Origin: Myxococcota bacterium
GTDB taxonomy: Bacteria > Myxococcota_A > Bradymonadia > UBA4248
Length of the DNA: 64,000 bases
Reading direction: 5' to 3'
NCBI GenBank assembly: GCA_045599245.1
Contig: JAZRVP010000077.1
Coordinates: 17,691-81,690, forward strand
This document shows, piece by piece, positions 28,479-38,462 of this stretch. The notes under the pieces were generated by a model that saw nothing but the letters and a program-made list of their open reading frames with translations, was not told where the DNA came from and ran no database searches. The stretch's first letter is position 1. Each line of letters begins with the position of its first letter. Position numbers and translations under genes: made by a program.

Positions 28479-31400
28479 ATGAAAAACGTGAAATTGCGTG
28501 TTTTGGCTGGATTATTTGCGGCGCTTGGGTGTGCGGGTTTGACATCATGCGGTGATGATGCGGCTGGCGGCAATAAAAAGGGCTGTGAAGTCAACGGTTG
28601 TGATGACGGTTTCGTGTGTGAAGCGGGAACGTGTCAACCGGTAAAGGATTTGTGTGGCGGCAAGACGTGCAATTCGGATGAAACGTGCGTTGATGGCGAG
28701 TGCAAAAAAGCCGGAGACGATCCGAATGTTTGCGGCGACAGGACGTGCAATGCAGATGAAACGTGCGTGGACGGTGAGTGCAAAAAAGCCGGGGATGACC
28801 CGAACGTTTGCGGTAACAAGACGTGCAATTCGGATGAAACGTGTGTTGATGGTGAGTGCAAAAAAGCCGGAGACGAACCGAACGTTTGCGGCGACAGGAC
28901 GTGCAATGCGGATGAAGTGTGCATTGAGGGTGAATGCAAAGCCAAATGCGGCGATGACGTGTGTTTGAGTGAAGAGACATGTGTCGAGGGGGCCTGTGTC
29001 GTCGTTTGCGGTGACGATATTTGTGAAGCCGGAGACAGCTGTGTTGAGGGCGAGTGCAGGAAAGCCGGGGATGAGCCAATCGTTTGCGGCGACAAGACGT
29101 GCAATTTGGATGAAGCATGTGTCGAGGGAGAGTGTCGTGCGGTATGCGGCGGCACGACGTGCAGTGCGGATGCGAGCTGTGTGAACGGTATGTGTGTCGA
29201 TAATGCGTGTCTTGAAGAGGATGGAACGGTCAAGACATGTCAGGAAGGCTGGGAATGCGTCAAGGGATTGTGTGAAGAGACGGCGTGTCTTGTGATGGAA
29301 GAGGCCTGTCCGGAAGGGCAGTCGTGCAAGGGCGGCGCCTGCATGGATAATGAATGTCTTGAAATGATCTGTGAAGCCGGCGAGGTCTGTTCAAAAGGCG
29401 AGTGTGTTTATGAGGCATGTGTTGAAGTCGAGGAATGCACACGAGGTCGCGTGTGTGTGAAAGACGGAACGTGCCAGTTTGTGCCGCCTCCAGCGATTGA
29501 AGTTGAGCTTCCGGAGAGTCTGGAAACGGATGAGCGCGGCAATGCGGTTGACATGTATGTCACGTTAAATCACGAGCCGGAGTCTGAAGTGACCCTGGAG
29601 TGTGTGATTACGAGTGAGAGTTCGCATGAGGAAGCCGTGGTCGATTGTTCCGGAATAGTTTTTACGTCGGAGAACTGGCAGGATGCGCAAACGATTACGG
29701 TGACGGGAGTTGCGGACAACGTGATTGATGACGATCAGGCGTATAAGCTTTCGATCAAAACGGTATCAGAAGAAGAAGCGTTTAATGGTTTAAGTGTTGC
29801 GGATATCGATTTGATCAATCTGAACACGGATAAAGCGGAATTGCTGATCGATGCGGGCAATTCGTTGATGACGGATGAGAAAGGAATGACGGCGAAATTT
29901 GAAGTTGTTCTGAGTTCAAAGCCGGAGGCAGCGGTTGTGATCAGAGTTGTGTCAGAAGATTTGACCGAGGGCAAGGTCGTGACGGAACAGGTCACGATTG
30001 AGCCGGATGATTGGAAAACGCCGCATTATGTGACCATTCAAGGCGTAGATGACAAAGATATCGATGGCACCGTTTCGTATGATTTGACCTTGAGTGTTTC
30101 ATCGGATGATGAAAACTACAACAAACTTGAGCCGTATCATGTGACGGCGTTTAATATTGATGATGATACGGCGGGCATATCGACACTTGCCACGGAAATA
30201 AAGACGGATGAAGACAAAGAGACGACGACGGTTCCGGTTCGTCTCAATACACATCCGACGAGCGATGTGACGGTGACGGTGACGGTGAGCGATGCGACGG
30301 AAGCCATCGTCGATAAGACGAGTTTGACGTTTACGCCGGACAATTACAGCGATCCACAAAACATTGTTGTGTCAGGCGTTGCAGATCATACGATTGATGG
30401 CGATCAGAAATACACGGTGACTCTTTCGATTACGTCGGAGGATGAGAACTACAACAAGCTGGAAGACATTGTATTGAAAGGTGTGAACGGCGATACGGAT
30501 GCAGCCGGCATTGTGGTTTCGCAGGCGTCATCTGCCATTGTGAGTGAATCAGGCACGACGGTGGATATGGAAGTGACGTTGAATTCAATTCCGTCGTCGG
30601 ACGTGAAAGTGAAGGTTGAGGCCAAAGATACGACAGAGGTTTCGGTGAGTCCGGTGACTTTGACGTTTACGTCGGAGAACTGGAATGTTCCGCAGAAAGT
30701 GACTGTCAAAGGGGTGGATGACAACGAAATCGACGGCGATGTGAAATCGCAGATTGTGTTAACCGGTGACTCAGGAGATGGACATTATGCGGGCGTATCG
30801 CGCAGTGTTGAGTTTACGACACTGGACGATGACAAGGCCGGACTTGTCGTCGTATCGACGCCGGTATCGATGTCTGAAAATGGTGGTACGGGAAGTTTTA
30901 CGGTTCAGTTGTCGGCAAAGCCGGCGTCGGAAGTGACGATTTCATTTTCCTCGAGTGATCCGACGGAGCTGTTGTCAGAAATCTCATCGTTGACGATTAA
31001 GCCGGAAGATTGGAACAAGCCGCAGACGGTGAAGATTCAAGCGAAAGATGACAGCCAGGCCGATGGGACACAAAAAGCGCATATCATTCTGAAGAGCAGT
31101 TCGTCGGATGAGCATTTTGTCGAATTAACGGGCGTGACGGTTGATTACATGATCACGGATGATGAGAAGGTGAGCGTGACGTTGTCTCTGAAGGCGACAG
31201 AATTGAAACCGGGAGCGCAGACGACGGAATTGAGTGTTTCACTGAGTACGGAGCCGGTTGATGAAGTGACGGTGAATGTTGTTACGACGAATGGCGTGAC
31301 GGCGAAGCTGGGTAAGACATCATTTACGTTCAAGCCGGAAAACTGGAAGACGGCGCAGGTGACGACGGTGACGAACAGTGATCCGATGAGTGCGGCAAAA

Positions 31401-32324
31401 GTCATTACGACGGAGACGTTGAGTGCGACGGCGACGAGCAAGGGATTGTACAATGGCGTTAAGAGCAATGACGCGAAAGTGAAAATTTATGCCTTTGTGA
31501 GCCAGGATTTCAAATACAAGGGAGATGTTGAAGGCGTGGTATTGCTTCCCGGCAGCTACAAACTGGAAGTGTGGGGAGCGCAGGGCCGTTGCGGAGGCTG
31601 GACGTGTGTAACGAACGGCGTGAACTATGCGGGTAAAGGCGGATATTCATACGGCACGGTTTCGTTGAGTGCGAAATCGAATCTGTATGTATGTGTTGGC
31701 GGCAATACGTATCATGAAGCGACGGATATGGGTGGCTACAACGGTGGTGGTTTTGGTCATGGCCGGAAGAGCAATCTGTCGAATGGCGGTGGAGCGACGC
31801 ACATTGCGAAGACGATGAACAGGGGCGTATTGAAGAACTATTCATCGAATCAGGACGAAGTGTTGATCGTAGCCGGCGGTGGGGGCGGTGTTGAATGGGA
31901 TGGCCTCGGCGGTGTTGGCGGCGGCGAAAAAGGCGGAGACGGCGTTCAGACGTCTCATGGCGGCAATCTTGGCGCCATCGGTACGGGTGGAACGCAGACA
32001 GCCGGCGGTGTGAGCAACAAGTACAATGATCCGTACGTGTTGGTGAATGGCAGCTTTGGTGCCGGTGGTTATGGATATAACACGAGTTCCAGCAGTATTC
32101 AGACGTATGGAGAACCGGGTGATTTTGGAGCCGGCGGCGGTGGCGGCTGGTATGGCGGCGGCGGCAATTCGTATGCAGGAATTGGCGGCGGCGGATCCGG
32201 TCATCTTGGAGCCGGTGTGACAGGAAGCATGATGGCAGGCAACAGTTTGTTTACAGCCCCAGGCGGAGGAACAGAAACCGGGCATGTGGGTGAAGGCTAT
32301 GCCCGAATTACAGTTGTAGAATAA
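28479..32324 (+). CDS. giant surface lipoprotein (1281 aa): about 15 x 26-aa Cys repeats, about 9 Calx-beta/Ig-like ~105-aa domains, C-terminal glycine-rich (ALK-GRD-like) domain
   Basis: MKNVKLRVLAGLFAALGCAGLTS|CGDDAAGG. Repeats 'CG(D/N)(R/K)TCNxDETCVDGECKKAGDDPNV'. Repeated '..LTF(T)xENWxxPQxVTVxGVDDxxxDGD..' domains. Gly-rich tail 'GGGGGVEWDGLGGVGGG..GAGGGGGWYGGGGNSYAGIGGGGSG'. Confidence 0.8.
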   Translation: MKNVKLRVLAGLFAALGCAGLTSCGDDAAGGNKKGCEVNGCDDGFVCEAGTCQPVKDLCGGKTCNSDETCVDGECKKAGDDPNVCGDRTCNADETCVDGECKKAGDDPNVCGNKTCNSDETCVDGECKKAGDEPNVCGDRTCNADEVCIEGECKAKCGDDVCLSEETCVEGACVVVCGDDICEAGDSCVEGECRKAGDEPIVCGDKTCNLDEACVEGECRAVCGGTTCSADASCVNGMCVDNACLEEDGTVKTCQEGWECVKGLCEETACLVMEEACPEGQSCKGGACMDNECLEMICEAGEVCSKGECVYEACVEVEECTRGRVCVKDGTCQFVPPPAIEVELPESLETDERGNAVDMYVTLNHEPESEVTLECVITSESSHEEAVVDCSGIVFTSENWQDAQTITVTGVADNVIDDDQAYKLSIKTVSEEEAFNGLSVADIDLINLNTDKAELLIDAGNSLMTDEKGMTAKFEVVLSSKPEAAVVIRVVSEDLTEGKVVTEQVTIEPDDWKTPHYVTIQGVDDKDIDGTVSYDLTLSVSSDDENYNKLEPYHVTAFNIDDDTAGISTLATEIKTDEDKETTTVPVRLNTHPTSDVTVTVTVSDATEAIVDKTSLTFTPDNYSDPQNIVVSGVADHTIDGDQKYTVTLSITSEDENYNKLEDIVLKGVNGDTDAAGIVVSQASSAIVSESGTTVDMEVTLNSIPSSDVKVKVEAKDTTEVSVSPVTLTFTSENWNVPQKVTVKGVDDNEIDGDVKSQIVLTGDSGDGHYAGVSRSVEFTTLDDDKAGLVVVSTPVSMSENGGTGSFTVQLSAKPASEVTISFSSSDPTELLSEISSLTIKPEDWNKPQTVKIQAKDDSQADGTQKAHIILKSSSSDEHFVELTGVTVDYMITDDEKVSVTLSLKATELKPGAQTTELSVSLSTEPVDEVTVNVVTTNGVTAKLGKTSFTFKPENWKTAQVTTVTNSDPMSAAKVITTETLSATATSKGLYNGVKSNDAKVKIYAFVSQDFKYKGDVEGVVLLPGSYKLEVWGAQGRCGGWTCVTNGVNYAGKGGYSYGTVSLSAKSNLYVCVGGNTYHEATDMGGYNGGGFGHGRKSNLSNGGGATHIAKTMNRGVLKNYSSNQDEVLIVAGGGGGVEWDGLGGVGGGEKGGDGVQTSHGGNLGAIGTGGTQTAGGVSNKYNDPYVLVNGSFGAGGYGYNTSSSSIQTYGEPGDFGAGGGGGWYGGGGNSYAGIGGGGSGHLGAGVTGSMMAGNSLFTAPGGGTETGHVGEGYARITVVE
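28650..29200. repeat. 78-nt in-frame tandem repeat (about 7 copies) in CDS 28479-32324
   Basis: Near-identical copies. They generate the antisense ORFs listed at 28591-29233. Confidence 0.85.
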
Positions 32325-32327
32325 GTG

Positions 32328-32362
32328 TTAAGGCCGCAGTCAAACTGCGGCCTTTGTTGATT
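32328..32362 (+). terminator. rho-independent terminator
   Basis: aggccgcagtcaaactgcggcct followed by ttgttg. Confidence 0.6.
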
Positions 32363-32440
32363 TTGTCGAAAGGCGTGAGGGACAGTATTGAAACGGAGTC
32401 TTGCTGTAATTCATTTTTAAGGAAGAGGCAGAGACCAAAA

Positions 32441-32472
32441 AAGCCCCCGAAAAATCGGGGGCTTTTATGTCA
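32441..32472. terminator. bidirectional rho-independent terminator
   Basis: aaaaaagcccccgaaaaatcgggggcttttat. Confidence 0.75.
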
Positions 32473-32485
32473 TGCAACGCAAAGA

Positions 32486-33760
32486 TTATTTTTTGTTGCT
32501 GATCGTGAGCTGCGGGAACGGAATTTCGATACCGGCCTTGTCGAGTTCGCGTTTGGCCTGAACGGTAACGCGTTCTTTGACACCCCAGTAATCGGTACCT
32601 TTGCACCAGCAGCGGAGCTGATAGGAAACGGAAGAAGCACCGAGTTCGATGAGAACGACGGAAGGAGCGGGATCGGAGAGGACGCCGGCGACTTTGCAAG
32701 CGGCTTCGAGAGCTGCGCGAGTTGCATCAAGATCGGCTTCATAAGCGACACCGACATTGACATCAGCACGGCGGAGACCTTCGGACGTGATGGCGACACC
32801 GTTTTTATCGACTTCAATTTTAGCCTGCATGGTAACTCTTTCTTTAACGGCCCAATAATCGGCGCCATTGCACCAAACGCGGAGCTGATAGTTGGCATTT
32901 CCGCCCATGGTGAGACTGCAGAGATAGACGGTTGGGGCGTGATCAGGGTCATCAAGGATAGCGCCTTCGACGCGGCAAGCTCTTTCAAGAGCTGCTCGAA
33001 CGGAAGCGAGGTCGGATGAATAGGGAACGGGGAAATCGACATCGGCTCGACGCAGAGGCTGAGTGGAGCAGTTGTCGATTGTGGAACCGGACAGTGCACT
33101 GTTGGGAATCGTAATGGTACGATTGTCGAGCGTGATGATGGTTGTTACGAAGAGGCTGATTTCTTTAACGAAACCAGACTGACCGGCGCCGGTAATGAAG
33201 TCACCGAGTTTGAATGGATGGAAGACGATGAGCATAACGCCGGCGGCGAGATTGGAAAGCGTTCCCTGGAACGCGAGGCCGATGGCGAGGCCTGCTGCGG
33301 CAAGGATTGCGGCGAAGGAGGTTGTTTCGATACCGAAGATGCTCAAGCTTGCGAGGACGATAATGACGAGGATGGTGTAGTAAGCGGCACTACCGATAAA
33401 TTTTGGAAGAGGAGAACTTCCATCATCTCTCATACCTTTAGAGACAGCTTTAATCGTGAACTTTTTGATAAGTTTTGCGACGATGAAGCCGACAATGAGG
33501 AGAACGAGAGCGCCGGCGATGCTCAATGTGATGTTGAGCACTTTTGTGACCATTTCGTCACCGCCGCCGATTTTCTCAGCGATTTTCTGAAGCCAACCGG
33601 CCGCCTGAGTTGTTTTTTCGATGGCGGTGTCAGCCTGTTTGGTGAGTTCATTGGCAGCATCACCAACTTCGGGAGCGGCCTGAGCCAGAGAGGAGATTAA
33701 GTGATGGATCAAGTTGTGCATTATCCAGGACCTCATACAAAAGAGACATCGGATCCCCAT
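32486..33760 (-). CDS. small-conductance mechanosensitive channel (MscS family) with duplicated C-terminal domain
   Basis: TM3 and beta-domain signature 'AIGLAFQGTLSNLAAGVMLIVFHPFKLGDFI..VKEISLFVTTIITLDNRTITIPNS'. Two C-terminal repeats '..VEGAILDDPDHAPTVYL..' and '..VAGVLSDPAPSVVLIEL..'. The start may be at 33718 (MHNLIHHL). Confidence 0.85.
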   Translation of the reverse strand: MGIRCLFCMRSWIMHNLIHHLISSLAQAAPEVGDAANELTKQADTAIEKTTQAAGWLQKIAEKIGGGDEMVTKVLNITLSIAGALVLLIVGFIVAKLIKKFTIKAVSKGMRDDGSSPLPKFIGSAAYYTILVIIVLASLSIFGIETTSFAAILAAAGLAIGLAFQGTLSNLAAGVMLIVFHPFKLGDFITGAGQSGFVKEISLFVTTIITLDNRTITIPNSALSGSTIDNCSTQPLRRADVDFPVPYSSDLASVRAALERACRVEGAILDDPDHAPTVYLCSLTMGGNANYQLRVWCNGADYWAVKERVTMQAKIEVDKNGVAITSEGLRRADVNVGVAYEADLDATRAALEAACKVAGVLSDPAPSVVLIELGASSVSYQLRCWCKGTDYWGVKERVTVQAKRELDKAGIEIPFPQLTISNKK

Positions 33761-33903
33761 GATCCGACAATAAAAGATACTTATACCTTAAAAGTGAGAT
33801 TGAGACAGTATGAAATTTTTGTCATGATTTGAGGATAAGCAGAGAGGTTGCGAAAAGTGAAACATAATGATAAAAAAAAATGAGGCTGTGTCTTTAGTTA
33901 AAA

Positions 33904-34791
33904 GTGAAAAGTATCATGACATTGAATGATTATTTAAAAAAACTCAGAAAGGTTGAGTTTCGGATGAAAACGCGTAGTCATGAAGCGCTTTCGGGGTCAT
34001 ATCATTCGGCGTTTAAAGGTCGGGGCATGCTGTTTAGTGAATGCCGGACGTATGAAGAAGGCGATGATGTGCGGTATATAGACTGGAATGCGAGTGCTCG
34101 CCAGAACGGAGTATTTGTTAAACAGTATGAAGAAGAGAGGGAATTGAATGTTTGTGTGATTGTTGATTTGTCGCGACCGATGCGATTTGGATCGATCGGT
34201 ATGACAAAAGCGGAAAAAGCAATAGAGGCGATGTCAATTATTGCGTATTCTGCTTTAGAGAATAATGACAAGGTGAGTTTATTTTTGTTCAATGAGGTTG
34301 GAGAGCGATATATACGGCCGACGAAAGGCAAAGGAAATATTGTCAGGCTTATTCTCGAGGCATTGAAATTTTCGCCGCAGCCGGGGGTACATCATTTAGG
34401 CGGAGTAATGACGCATGCGATAACGCTGATGAAGCGAAGGTCGTTAGTATTTTTAATCAGTGATTATATTGGTGAAGAGTATGGGCGTATTTTACGCCAT
34501 CTGGCCCATCGCCACGAAGTGATTCCAATTATTGTGTCGGATGTGATGGAATACGAGATGCCGGACATGGGGCTTGCACTGCTGGAGGATGCGTTTACGG
34601 GAGAGTTTATCCCGGCGGATACGCATAGTGAGCATTTTACGAAGCAATATCGAAGTGTGTATGAAGAACGCCTCAAGAAAACGAAATCGGTGTTTGAGCA
34701 TCTTGGATTATCGTATGTGAATGTGAAGACAACGGAAGATATTGTCATGTCGATATGGCAGGTGTTTGAACGGAGAGCGCGGCATGTGTGA
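33904..34791 (+). CDS. DUF58 (VWA-like) protein of MoxR/Bat-type operon
   Basis: 'GDDVRYIDWNASARQNGVFVKQYEEERELNVCVIVDLS' matches the DUF58 signature. The stop overlaps the next start (ATGTGTGA). Confidence 0.8.
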   Translation: MKSIMTLNDYLKKLRKVEFRMKTRSHEALSGSYHSAFKGRGMLFSECRTYEEGDDVRYIDWNASARQNGVFVKQYEEERELNVCVIVDLSRPMRFGSIGMTKAEKAIEAMSIIAYSALENNDKVSLFLFNEVGERYIRPTKGKGNIVRLILEALKFSPQPGVHHLGGVMTHAITLMKRRSLVFLISDYIGEEYGRILRHLAHRHEVIPIIVSDVMEYEMPDMGLALLEDAFTGEFIPADTHSEHFTKQYRSVYEERLKKTKSVFEHLGLSYVNVKTTEDIVMSIWQVFERRARHV

Positions 34792-35917
34792 AAAAAGTCC
34801 GTGTCGAACATATATATTGATGGTTTTAATATTATTCATGATGGTATATTCAGTTGAAGTGTATGCAATGGAAGGTGATATGGGGTGTCATTTTTCGATG
34901 AGTTCGGATGTGCCTGATCAGAAAGATGATTTGATATTGAGTCCGATTACGTATCGATATCGAGTGACGTATGATGAGAGCTGTCATATTAATGTGATAA
35001 AGACCGAGAAAGCACCGATGGAATGTGGACCGGTGCACCAGGAGATGAAACCTGCGGAGTTGATGAGTCAGCTTTCGACGCAAATAGAAGTGATATGTCA
35101 GAGTCTAAGACCCGGGGTGTTTTTTTTGCCGCCGATCAGTGTTGAATTAAGTGATTCAAAGGGGGAAACGGCTATTTTTCATCCGGCAATACATCCTATT
35201 CATTTATATACGACGCATGACAGCCAGAAGTATGAAATCCTGTCATCACTTGAGTTTCGTCTTTGGAAAAGTAATATATATATATATATATTACTTTTGA
35301 CGGCGATGATAATGGTGGCAGGAATTGTAGCGATTGTGATTGTGAGACGCCATGCAATCAAACATGAAACAAAAGTAGAGAATGAAATAAAACTTAGTCC
35401 ATTTGAAGCATTTCAAATGGCATTAACACGACTGGTTGATGAAAATCCGCAGAATTTGGAGGAGAACAAATGTTTTCATGACGCGTTATCGGAAGCATTG
35501 CGGAAATATTTGTCGAGTCAGATTGAGTTTGATGCGATGAATTGTACAACGCATCAATTGTGTGAGAAGCTGGAAAAAGAGTTGTTGCCGCCGTCACTTG
35601 TCGAGGAGGCAGAGAGGATTTTGCTGGCCTCGGATCATGTTAAATTTGCGCCGGAGGGGCTTGGTGTGGCAGAGAATGTTTTGCTGGTACGAGATACGCG
35701 ATTGTTAGGAACGGCGATTGAAGCGTATTTTGTTGAAAAAGCGAGGGAAACTGAGCAATTGGCGGAGCTCAAGAAAGGGAAAAGGGGGCAGGAAAGGAAA
35801 GAATTAGAGATGGAGCAGACGGAAGAAGGCGATATTAGAAGCGGAGATGAGCATGAAGTTCAAGAGGGGAAGAAGCTGCCAGAGGCTGAAAGCCGTAACG
35901 AAGAGAAGGCGGCATAG
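34784..35917 (+). CDS. membrane protein of Bat operon (hypothetical, 2 predicted TM segments)
   Basis: Translationally coupled to DUF58. TM segments YILMVLILFMMVY and ILLLTAMIMVAGIVAIVIV. Acidic C-terminus. Confidence 0.55.
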   Translation: MCEKSPCRTYILMVLILFMMVYSVEVYAMEGDMGCHFSMSSDVPDQKDDLILSPITYRYRVTYDESCHINVIKTEKAPMECGPVHQEMKPAELMSQLSTQIEVICQSLRPGVFFLPPISVELSDSKGETAIFHPAIHPIHLYTTHDSQKYEILSSLEFRLWKSNIYIYILLLTAMIMVAGIVAIVIVRRHAIKHETKVENEIKLSPFEAFQMALTRLVDENPQNLEENKCFHDALSEALRKYLSSQIEFDAMNCTTHQLCEKLEKELLPPSLVEEAERILLASDHVKFAPEGLGVAENVLLVRDTRLLGTAIEAYFVEKARETEQLAELKKGKRGQERKELEMEQTEEGDIRSGDEHEVQEGKKLPEAESRNEEKAA

Positions 35918-35938
35918 ACACGAGAGGCAGTCAGAGGG

Positions 35939-37096
35939 ATGGATTTTCTAACCACGATATATAGAGATATCAATATAGAATCGTTTGAATATCCAAGCTG
36001 TTTTTTGTTTTTGATATTGCTTCCGTTATTTGTATTTTTAGTAATAAAGGTCCCTGAACTGACGTTTCGTCGTGTTGTATTGCCGTTTGTTGTTGAGCCT
36101 GAAATCACGTTAGATAAGAAAAAGTGGAAAACGCGATACAGAATTCAGAAAAGTTATATTAATCGATCGTCAAGATTTTTTTCTCTGGTATTTTGCAGTT
36201 TATTGTTTGCATTAAGTTATATCAGTCTGACCATAGCGATATGTCATCCATACGGCGGCACGACGGTAGAGACACGGACGGAGGGGATTGATATATATTT
36301 TACGTTGGATATGTCTGCATCAATGAAAGCGTATGATTATACGGTTGGTGAAATGCAGTCGAGGACGCGTTTGAATTTGTACACGCCGAATCGTTTTGAT
36401 ACGGCCAAAACGACGATGATCAATTTTATCAAATCGCGTCAGGAACGATGTCAGGATGAAACAGTGTCGATAGCGCGGTGCGATCGAATAGGCGTCACGA
36501 TGTTTGGACAGAAAGCGTTTATCGATGTTCCATTGACAACGAATTATGACATATTAAGAGAGCATTTGGCACTTCGCCAAATCGATGATATTGATGCCAC
36601 GCAGTCGGCGATAGGTGACGGGATAATGAGTGCTGTTGCGAGTCTTCGGCATTCAACAGCGAAGTCGCGCAACATTATTCTGGTATCGGATGGCGATAGA
36701 AAAGGAGGCCGGGTCAGTATAAATCAGGCGATAGAAGCTGCGAAGCGTTATCACGTGAGAATATTTCCGGTGATGATAGGTGCGAAAGATACGGCAGTCC
36801 TTGCTCAAGCTAATTTCGATGGTTACATGACGTTTCATGAAGCAACATTTCCGGTGAATTATGAGGTATTATCAGACATAGCGAGTCAAACAGGAGGCAA
36901 ATCCTACCGGGTATCCAGTGATATTGATTTTCAGCAGCAGCTAGGGGAGATACTTGAGCGACTTGAGCCGGATGTATCGAGTGATATTACGCATGAAAAT
37001 CAGGTCGATTTGTCCTTGTTATTTGTTTTAATATCATTTTTATTGGCTTTGTTTACGTATGTCATTTATACGTTGCTGGCCAGAGTTTATCCATGA
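35939..37096 (+). CDS. BatA-like von Willebrand factor A domain membrane protein
   Basis: N-terminal TM segments. VWA MIDAS motif 'DIYFTLDMSASM'. C-terminal TM. Confidence 0.75.
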   Translation: MDFLTTIYRDINIESFEYPSCFLFLILLPLFVFLVIKVPELTFRRVVLPFVVEPEITLDKKKWKTRYRIQKSYINRSSRFFSLVFCSLLFALSYISLTIAICHPYGGTTVETRTEGIDIYFTLDMSASMKAYDYTVGEMQSRTRLNLYTPNRFDTAKTTMINFIKSRQERCQDETVSIARCDRIGVTMFGQKAFIDVPLTTNYDILREHLALRQIDDIDATQSAIGDGIMSAVASLRHSTAKSRNIILVSDGDRKGGRVSINQAIEAAKRYHVRIFPVMIGAKDTAVLAQANFDGYMTFHEATFPVNYEVLSDIASQTGGKSYRVSSDIDFQQQLGEILERLEPDVSSDITHENQVDLSLLFVLISFLLALFTYVIYTLLARVYP

Positions 37097-37106
37097 AGTA
37101 GTAAGT

Positions 37107-38462
37107 ATGATGATATTTATCCAGCAGTGGAATCATCCACAATTTATCTATCTGCTCATACCCCTTATGATTTGCATGCTTCTGGGTGTTTATCGTTTGA
37201 CCTGGAAGGAGCTTCGAGCGTATGAAGTCAGCAGAAAGCTGGATCCAAAAAAAGAAAAAGATGAAAAAGACATTTTTAGGAAACTTCATTTCCGAATATT
37301 TGGTTATTCAGCAGGCGCTTTTGCTGTATCAACGATAATATTGATTATTCTTCCGCTTGAGAGGCCTTTTTTTTCATTTATGTCAGGATTTGTCATTAAT
37401 GTCATATTAATGCTCAGTCTTCGACAGCAGTTTCGATATTTAGTCAACAAGTTTGGAATGATAGATCCTCAAGCGAGGAGTAATGTAAAAGGGTTTTCAT
37501 ATCAGCTGGATACTGTGCATAGAGGATTGCGATCAGGACTTCTTTTGGCAACATTTGCGCTTTTGATATTAGCTATGATGGGGCCGGAGGGGAATGAAAA
37601 GACGACGCGTTTGAAACGTACCCCGCTTCGGGTTACCATTGTTCTCGATCTTTCGCGTTCGATGGAGGCGGATGATATCGTTCCGTCACGTTTGACGGCT
37701 GCCAGAGATGAGCTCCGATCCCTTCTTTCTCAGTGCAGCGGTGACGAAGTCGGGCTCGTGTTATTTACGGATTCTGTGGTGATACAGGCTCCTCAAACTT
37801 TGGATGTTCAAGCGGTAAAAACATTTGTTGAACAGGCTGATACGAAAAAGATGCCGACGCATGGAACTGATTTAAATAAGGCTCTTGTTGCGGCATTGAC
37901 AACATTCAATCAAGGAGATGATGAGTATTATCAGGATAGTGGAAATCCGACCCGTCGTGTACTTCTCGTTACCGATGGTGAAACACATACAGGGGATTTG
38001 CACAGTACCCTTGGTATCTATAAAAAACGCCGAATCCATGTCGATGTCCTTGCCATTGGCAGTGAAGACGGTGCAGTGCTGACGGATTCCCAAGGACATG
38101 TCCTGGAGCATGAGGGCGAGAAAGTTATTACTCGCTTGAATGGTGATGTTCTGAATGAAATTGTGAATATGACCGATGGAACTTATGCAAAGATTACGAT
38201 ACCTGAACTCGCAAGTCAGAGTATTGTATCGAGTTGGGATGCGGCTCGAATAGCAACCAAACCCGTTGGTTTTGTTTCATCACTGTATCGAATTCAGCTG
38301 TATCACATTTTTTTATATCCGGCATTTGGTGTTCTTTCTCTCTATTTAATCTATCCATTATTGTTATTATTATTGAAAAAGAGGCGTGAGCGCAAATCGA
38401 GACATCAACGGACAGGCAAATCAAAGGAGATGCTTTCTGTTCATTCCGGAGAGGGAAAATGA
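37107..38462 (+). CDS. BatB-like von Willebrand factor A domain membrane protein
   Basis: Start re-assigned to MMIFIQQW, just after the batA stop. MIDAS motif 'VTIVLDLSRSMEADD'. N-terminal and C-terminal TM segments. Confidence 0.75.
   Translation: MMIFIQQWNHPQFIYLLIPLMICMLLGVYRLTWKELRAYEVSRKLDPKKEKDEKDIFRKLHFRIFGYSAGAFAVSTIILIILPLERPFFSFMSGFVINVILMLSLRQQFRYLVNKFGMIDPQARSNVKGFSYQLDTVHRGLRSGLLLATFALLILAMMGPEGNEKTTRLKRTPLRVTIVLDLSRSMEADDIVPSRLTAARDELRSLLSQCSGDEVGLVLFTDSVVIQAPQTLDVQAVKTFVEQADTKKMPTHGTDLNKALVAALTTFNQGDDEYYQDSGNPTRRVLLVTDGETHTGDLHSTLGIYKKRRIHVDVLAIGSEDGAVLTDSQGHVLEHEGEKVITRLNGDVLNEIVNMTDGTYAKITIPELASQSIVSSWDAARIATKPVGFVSSLYRIQLYHIFLYPAFGVLSLYLIYPLLLLLLKKRRERKSRHQRTGKSKEMLSVHSGEGK

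Noticed and set aside
15523-29200. Tandem repeats considered as a possible CRISPR array
   Set aside because: The units are contiguous with no unique spacers, in-frame within CDSs, and vary in length from 15 to 114 nt. No cas genes.
28591-29233. Antisense ORFs of 175 and 199 aa, plus a 104-aa plus-strand out-of-frame ORF, over the 78-nt repeat region
   Set aside because: Repeat-generated shadows (the plus-strand one is off-frame) within CDS 28479-32324, whose sense frame encodes coherent Cys repeats.
32354-33019. 221-aa plus-strand ORF
   Set aside because: Antisense to the well-supported MscS gene. No RBS.
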